Source: Macrostomum hystrix (Eukaryota; Animalia; Platyhelminthes). Taken from it: a stretch of DNA of 64,000 bases. The notes beneath the pieces are model-generated. The model made no database searches. It had not been told where the DNA came from and saw nothing but the letters and a program-made list of their open reading frames with translations. The position numbers and the translations under genes were made by a program. Positions within the stretch are counted from its first letter, which is position 1, and each line of letters starts with the position of its first letter. Below, piece by piece: positions 58,765 through 64,000 of the stretch. Where the stretch lies: the NCBI GenBank assembly GCA_950097015.1, contig CATNEN010000012.1, positions 1,054,001 through 1,118,000 on the forward strand, read 5' to 3'.

Positions 58765-61676
58765 ATGGAGGAGCAGGACGCACAGCATCGCAGGCGCCTC
58801 TGGATGAGGGCGTACATGCAGAAGCGAAGGGCGGCTCGCACACGCTCTCGGTCACCTATGTCTGCCTCTGGCTCATTGCCCGCCCATCCGGACCACACCC
58901 CACCCAGCGCAGATGACGGCTCAGACGGCAGTGCAGATGACGGCAGCGCCCATGACGGCTCAGACGGCAGCGCCGATGATGGCTCAGACGGCAGCGCCGA
59001 GGATGGCTCAGACGGCAGTGCAGATGACGGCAGCGCCGATGACGGCTCAGACGGCAGTGCAGATGACGGCAGCGCCCATGACGGCTCAGACGGCAGCGCC
59101 GATGATGGCTCAGACGGCAGCGCCGATGAGGGCTCAGACGGCAGTGCAGATGACGACAGCGCAGATGACGGCAGCGCCGATGCTGGCTCAGACGGCAGCG
59201 CCGATGACGGCTCAGACGGCGGCACCGATGACGGCAGCGCCGATGACAGCAGCGCCGAGGACGCCGGTGAAATTAACATCCCCGTGCCCCATGACATGCT
59301 GGAAAATGCCTGGCACGATGCCCTGCCTTTGACAATCGGCGAAGCGCTGTGCGAGGTGAATTCCTGTGCATTAGACCTAAATGTGTCACGGGACGGATTT
59401 ACCAGACTGTTGGCAATGCTGCATCGCCTAGTGCCCGGCAATAGGCTGCCTAGATCAGGACGAGCCGCTCGCGATGCAACTAAGTCGATTCAGACCATGC
59501 CGGGCACGACAAAGTGCTTCATAGTGTGCAATGAATGCAACAGGAGTTCGCCTGGGGTGTGCCGAGCAGGTCTCACAACTTGCGTGCACTGCGGTGCGAC
59601 CAACGTGGCGAACTTCTGGTGTTTTGATGTGCCCAGACAGCTGAAGACGCTCATAGAGTGCCGTAGCATGTTGGACCACGTCGTTTTCCCGGCCGACAGA
59701 GTAGTGCCACCCGACGTAGTTCACTTTGCCACTAGTGAGCTGTAAATTCAGTTCACGGATGGCGTCGATGTTCCGAGCCGCTGCGACCTGTCCTACACTT
59801 TCTGCTCAGACGGCTTTCCACTGTTTAGGACAAGTTCGGTTGAAGTTTGTCCCGTCTACCTTAGTGTCAATGTGGTACATGACCGTTTTAAGCTGCGCTA
59901 CGTAGTAATTTGCGGCGTTTGGGCCGGAAAGAAGAAGATCCATGCGAGTGCATTCCTCCCATTGGTCGTGGCCACCCTTAATGACCTACCGGGCTAGAGT
60001 TTGTTGACCAACAAGGCGTTCAGCGCCGTCTACGGTTTCATCCGCTAATCGCGATGTTTGACGCTCCAGCCAGAGCTGACGCGCTGTGCATGAAGCGCTT
60101 CTCCGCAAAATATGGATGCGATAAATGTTATCTGCTGACGTCCCTACACCCCTCGAAGCACGGTCGAGTGTTCGGCGTACAACTAACTCCTGCCATGCAG
60201 GGAACCGCCCGTCGCCTTGGCTGCACCCAAACGCTGGTTCGGTCTATGAATGACACATTTACTCTAGCTGAGCGCCACTCGCAGCACAACCTGAACTCAC
60301 GCACCGACGTGCTAGGCGTCCGTGGACACTCGCCGCTCGGGCGACTGTGCGGGTTCGACTTTATCAGGGGGACACCACCGTGCTTTCTACACCAATTGTG
60401 CTCGGGATTGGTTCGCTACATCCTGTTTCAAATGTTTCTCATGCGACATGAGAACCCTGACCGGGGTGATACCAACTGCCCTGATCTGCACGGTCGGATT
60501 GCCGTAGTACAGAGTCGCCTGGAGAACATTCGCCTGCCCAGTTGCGTGCAGCGCCACACGGTGCGTGAGCTAAGAGACCTCCGTCACCTTCGTGGCCACG
60601 AGCTAGAAGTCTGGATCCTAGCTTTCGACCCGATGGTGCTGGGGGGATTTCTGCCACCGGAACACTACTGGCACCTGTTGCTCCTATCCTCCGCTGTATT
60701 CTGGATGACCTTGGAGGGTGCCCCAAGAAGCGAGTTGCGGCATGTCGAAATAACTCTCCGGCATTTCCATGCCGCCCTGCCGCGCCTATACTCTCTGAGG
60801 GCCCTCACGTACAACAGCCACCAGGTGTGCTGTCACATGCTGCCATCCGTTCTGCTAGTCGGGCCACTGCACAGACAGTCAGCAGGACTCTTTGAAACCA
60901 TGCACTCCCGTTTGCGTCGTCGGATTCACGGTTCCAGGCGCACTGATATCGAATTGGTTGGCGCAGTGGAGAGGGAAGTCGCAGTAATCCAGGCTGAAGA
61001 TTTTGTCAACGACGGTGTCCGCCACCCTGAGCCACGCGGTAAACGCAGGACAGAGTCACTCGTGATTGAAGGAGTGCTGTTGCGACGTCCGCAGGGTGCA
61101 ACGGACGGCTGGCGCACTGTGTCACTGCCCACCGGGGTGACCATCGTGGTATTCGAGTCCGCGCCCACGGAGGGCGGCGCCGGTAGAGGAAGGTCCACCT
61201 CCAGCTTTGTGGCACTTCGAGGACCAGAAACCACGTCCTTCAATTTCGCACGTGTTGAGGCACTCAGCGTCAACCAAGAAAACCGCGTCATGGTCTCTCT
61301 CGTAGCGCTACCCATTGAACCTCAGCTTGACCCACTGGAGGCACTTTGCGCGGTCTCTGCAGCGTCACCTGACCGTGGGTGCCGCTTCGCTCATTTGCGG
61401 CGCCTTATGGTTGACCCGTTCGTTGACAGGCTGATTCTCGGTGCCGCTGTACGCGTGCCTCTGGCCGACGTTGTCGGTGTATGCGTCGTTTCAGACACCA
61501 AATGGGTTTTTCTTAGCAGTTTAGTCAAGCCGGTTCTGTCCAACGACAAAAATGTAAACTTAAGGAAAAAGTATACTATAAAAGAAAATACTATAGGTTA
61601 TAGTATTATCTATACAATATATGCTATACCATTATCAAACGAATATCGTATACGTTTACATTCATATGATACGTAA
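58765..61676 (+). pseudogene. EnSpm/CACTA-type transposase with an in-frame stop (59743-59745) and a frameshift (about 59990)
   Basis: CNEC/CVHC zinc knuckle, FDVPRQLK; reading continues in frame past the TAA into CSDGFPLF (D1) and ICGVWAGKKK; frame change into FDAPAR (D2), GCDKC, FLHQLCSG, LRGHEL, LTYNSH, GPL...SAGLFE (E). Confidence 0.8.
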
Positions 61677-61886
61677 TGTAAATAGAGACTTGAACGAACA
61701 ATGTAACGTAATCTACTGGACACTAAATAAATCCGTCATGCTTTTGACTTACGTAGAAGTCCGCGCTGCTGGCCTGACTTCTCATTTCTGGTCACGGTTC
61801 CTCACTACCCACTACATAATTACAAATATGGCATAGGGAAACATGGAGACCTAAGCGCTGCATAAATCTTGCCATATTTCAGCCGA

Positions 61887-62495
61887 ATGGATGCCTCCGG
61901 ACCTATTCAGTGGTCGCGGATTTTGGACGACGTCCTCCTGGACAGCAACTTCTTGGACTTCTTGGACGACGATGATGCCGAGACGACCCTCGGGGAGAGC
62001 GACCGCCGATCACCGGGAGAAGGAGCCTGGCCCGTCGAGGGCCAGAACTTCTTGGACCCGGACGACTCGCTCGCGCTATGTCCGCCTGCTGCCAGCAGTA
62101 CACAGGCACCTGCTTTACCAAGTAGCCCTCGTGTACCCGTTAATTACACGTGGGCGGACTATAACCGGTTGCCCGACGAGCCGCCGCCCAATTTCGACTC
62201 TCGCCGACCCGAGGAGCGCCGCCGAATCCCCGCTCAGACGTGCGCGGATTGCGAGAGTTGGTTCGCGGCGTTGCCACCGGCAGAGCGTGAGCGACGACTG
62301 CAGTGCCACGGGCGCAATCGACATAGCCCAGTTATCCAGTCGGCCGACTTCTTCGCTATTGCCATGCCGCCGAGCCCACCACCCGCACCGATAGAGTACA
62401 TGAAGGTGATGAAGCGCCGTCGGCGCCCCCTAAGAGACCTGCAGTCTGCAGGGCAGTCGGTAAAGAACCAGTCGGTTGATGAGAAAGACGACTGA
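61887..62495 (+). CDS. Transposon-embedded ORF with CtIP/Sae2-like C-terminal domain
   Basis: 202 aa from ATG 61887. EERRRIPAQTCADCESWFAALPPAERERRLQCHGRNR aligns without gaps to the remembered CtIP C-terminal core [37 protein letters not shown]. Confidence 0.7.
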   Translation: MDASGPIQWSRILDDVLLDSNFLDFLDDDDAETTLGESDRRSPGEGAWPVEGQNFLDPDDSLALCPPAASSTQAPALPSSPRVPVNYTWADYNRLPDEPPPNFDSRRPEERRRIPAQTCADCESWFAALPPAERERRLQCHGRNRHSPVIQSADFFAIAMPPSPPPAPIEYMKVMKRRRRPLRDLQSAGQSVKNQSVDEKDD

Positions 62496-62770
62496 AAGCC
62501 GATGTAGCCATTATGATGCGTGTACGTGACATGTGTTTGCATATGATCTTGGGAAGTAAAAATTGAAGTTCGGCTCACAACTGGCAAGACTGGAACACAG
62601 AGACTTCATTTCTGTTATTTTCGCATTCACTCATGTTACTCCATAGACTCTATTAGACTTCTTGGTTACATTAGGTTAACCTTCGGTGGTTAGTTAACAA
62701 GGTTACCTCCGGTTACCATGAAAATTATTATATACATCAACCGTCATCATCATCAGTTGCAGCTGCTACA

Positions 62771-64000
62771 ATGACCAAGCCTACGACGTCCAATCGAGCA
62801 GCATCGAAGCAAAAGGGCGGGCTTCAGCGAGGAAAAGTAGGGAAGGCCAAGAAGCAAAAGGAGAACACTCCGCCCGAACCAACGGGCGTGCCTGCTTCGA
62901 GCGACACGCCTCCTCCCACCGCGCCACGTGACGCAGCTGACGCGCTGGAAGAATCGGTCACAGACCAGAATGGCCAGACCAGCAGCACAGAGGACATGGT
63001 GCCTTATAAGTCGGAGAGCGTGGCGCGTTACTTTCTGTTCAAATACAGCTGTTACCATGACCGCACGGAAGTAGTGTCTACCGACGGTGAGAGCAGTGCT
63101 CCCTTCATTGTCGCGCGCAGTCGGGACTCACCGATCCCTGTTGCCGTAGGGAGCCGTGTGCTAATAGTCACAGCTAAAAAAAACCGCACCTCGGCGAAAA
63201 GCTGGTCCGGAGACCTGCTTCGCGGCCCGTTTTCTACGAAAAGTGAGGCCACGGGTGCCGCCCTGTTAACCAACGTGCACGCCCCGCCGCTAGAGCTGCC
63301 TCGTGCCTGCGCCTCCTGTCGGGGGTTACTTGTGGAACTGCAGAGAGAGAAAAGTCTGACCGACACACTGCGTGAGTAGATGCTAGTAGATGCTAGCTTT
63401 TCCTGCTGAAAAATGGTGCATCATATTACAATAGTGTAATGATGAGACTTATTGCGTGTACCCTTTTGCAACAGATTGTGAGTTTTATGTCTCTTTGTGA
63501 CATCCAACAGGTTCTGAAGTTCGACTGCTTCGTACAAGCGAAAACCCGTTGCGCGAGCAGGTTCGACATCTGACGCACGGGAGCTCTGTTCAGTCTAAGG
63601 TTGAGAGTCGACTTCTCCTGCAGCTAGAGCAGGAGCAGGGCAGGAGCCTAAATATGCAGCGCAATGCGGAGAAGGCGAACGAGTGCCTCGTCCGCGCCTC
63701 GCATTACCTGCTGGCTTTTAATTCGGCATCGACATCTGCCAGCGCTCTGGCCGGACTCGTGCATCCGGCGGCGCCACCGGGGGCGGCGGCGGCTGCTGTG
63801 GCTGCAACGGCGTCTAGCGGCGATCCGGACGCGGAATCCGATCCGGGGGATGAGTCGGAGAGTTACCGCATTACGGACTTCTTAGCGGACAGTCACCTGT
63901 CTGTGTCGCAGACACGCGCTTTGAGCGACGCATGCGACAGGGCGGCATCTCAAGCAGGACCTTCTACGGAAGCTGTCGCTCGGGTATCGCTTTCCGACCA
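62771..64000 (+). CDS. Transposon accessory (TnpA-position) protein, spliced, runs off the window
   Basis: Exon 62771-63371 (c|GTGAGT), acceptor caacAG at 63510, and exon from 63511 open in phase to the window end; basic N-terminus, CASC motif, probable coiled coil. Confidence 0.6.

Larger units (their letters stand above)
57999..64000 (+). mobile_element. EnSpm/CACTA-like (CMC superfamily) DNA transposon, left end in window, right end beyond
   Basis: Putative terminus CCCGCTTGGC at 57999, then about 9 TCCGGA motifs and TTTTGTCCG/CGGACAAA repeats in both orientations (58015-58340), then the transposase and two accessory ORFs. Right TIR and TSD not visible. Confidence 0.7.

Noticed and set aside
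61887-62495. Calling the CtIP-like ORF the host RBBP8 gene
   Set aside because: It lacks the N-terminal coiled coil, has no upstream CtIP exons in the window and is nested among transposon ORFs; left unnamed pending the checks listed.

Overview
Eukaryotic (animal) genomic DNA with GC-rich exons and introns filled by private minisatellites; the style suggests a flatworm such as Macrostomum (inference, not verified). Contents: a signal-peptide first exon (-) at the left edge; a divergent ~2,740-aa IP3-receptor-like channel gene in 29 traced exons (+, 3596-25449, last exon unresolved); an intronless cation-type Cys-loop receptor (+); three paralogous single-exon type-I membrane proteins with an unrecognised Cys-rich domain plus a half LDLa-like module (-); a small hypothetical protein; a 3-exon front-end fatty-acid desaturase (-); the last two exons of TRMT1 (-); and, from 57999 to the right edge, an EnSpm/CACTA-like transposon. 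The transposon has a disrupted transposase, a spliced accessory ORF and an ORF resembling the CtIP/Sae2 C-terminal domain, which is the most striking finding. There are also a tRNA-derived SINE family, hAT-type MITEs and about 30 tandem-repeat arrays that explain most long ORFs in the track. All annotation is by eye: exon edges were checked for GT/AG and phase, repeat edges are approximate, and homologies rest on remembered family motifs, not database searches.
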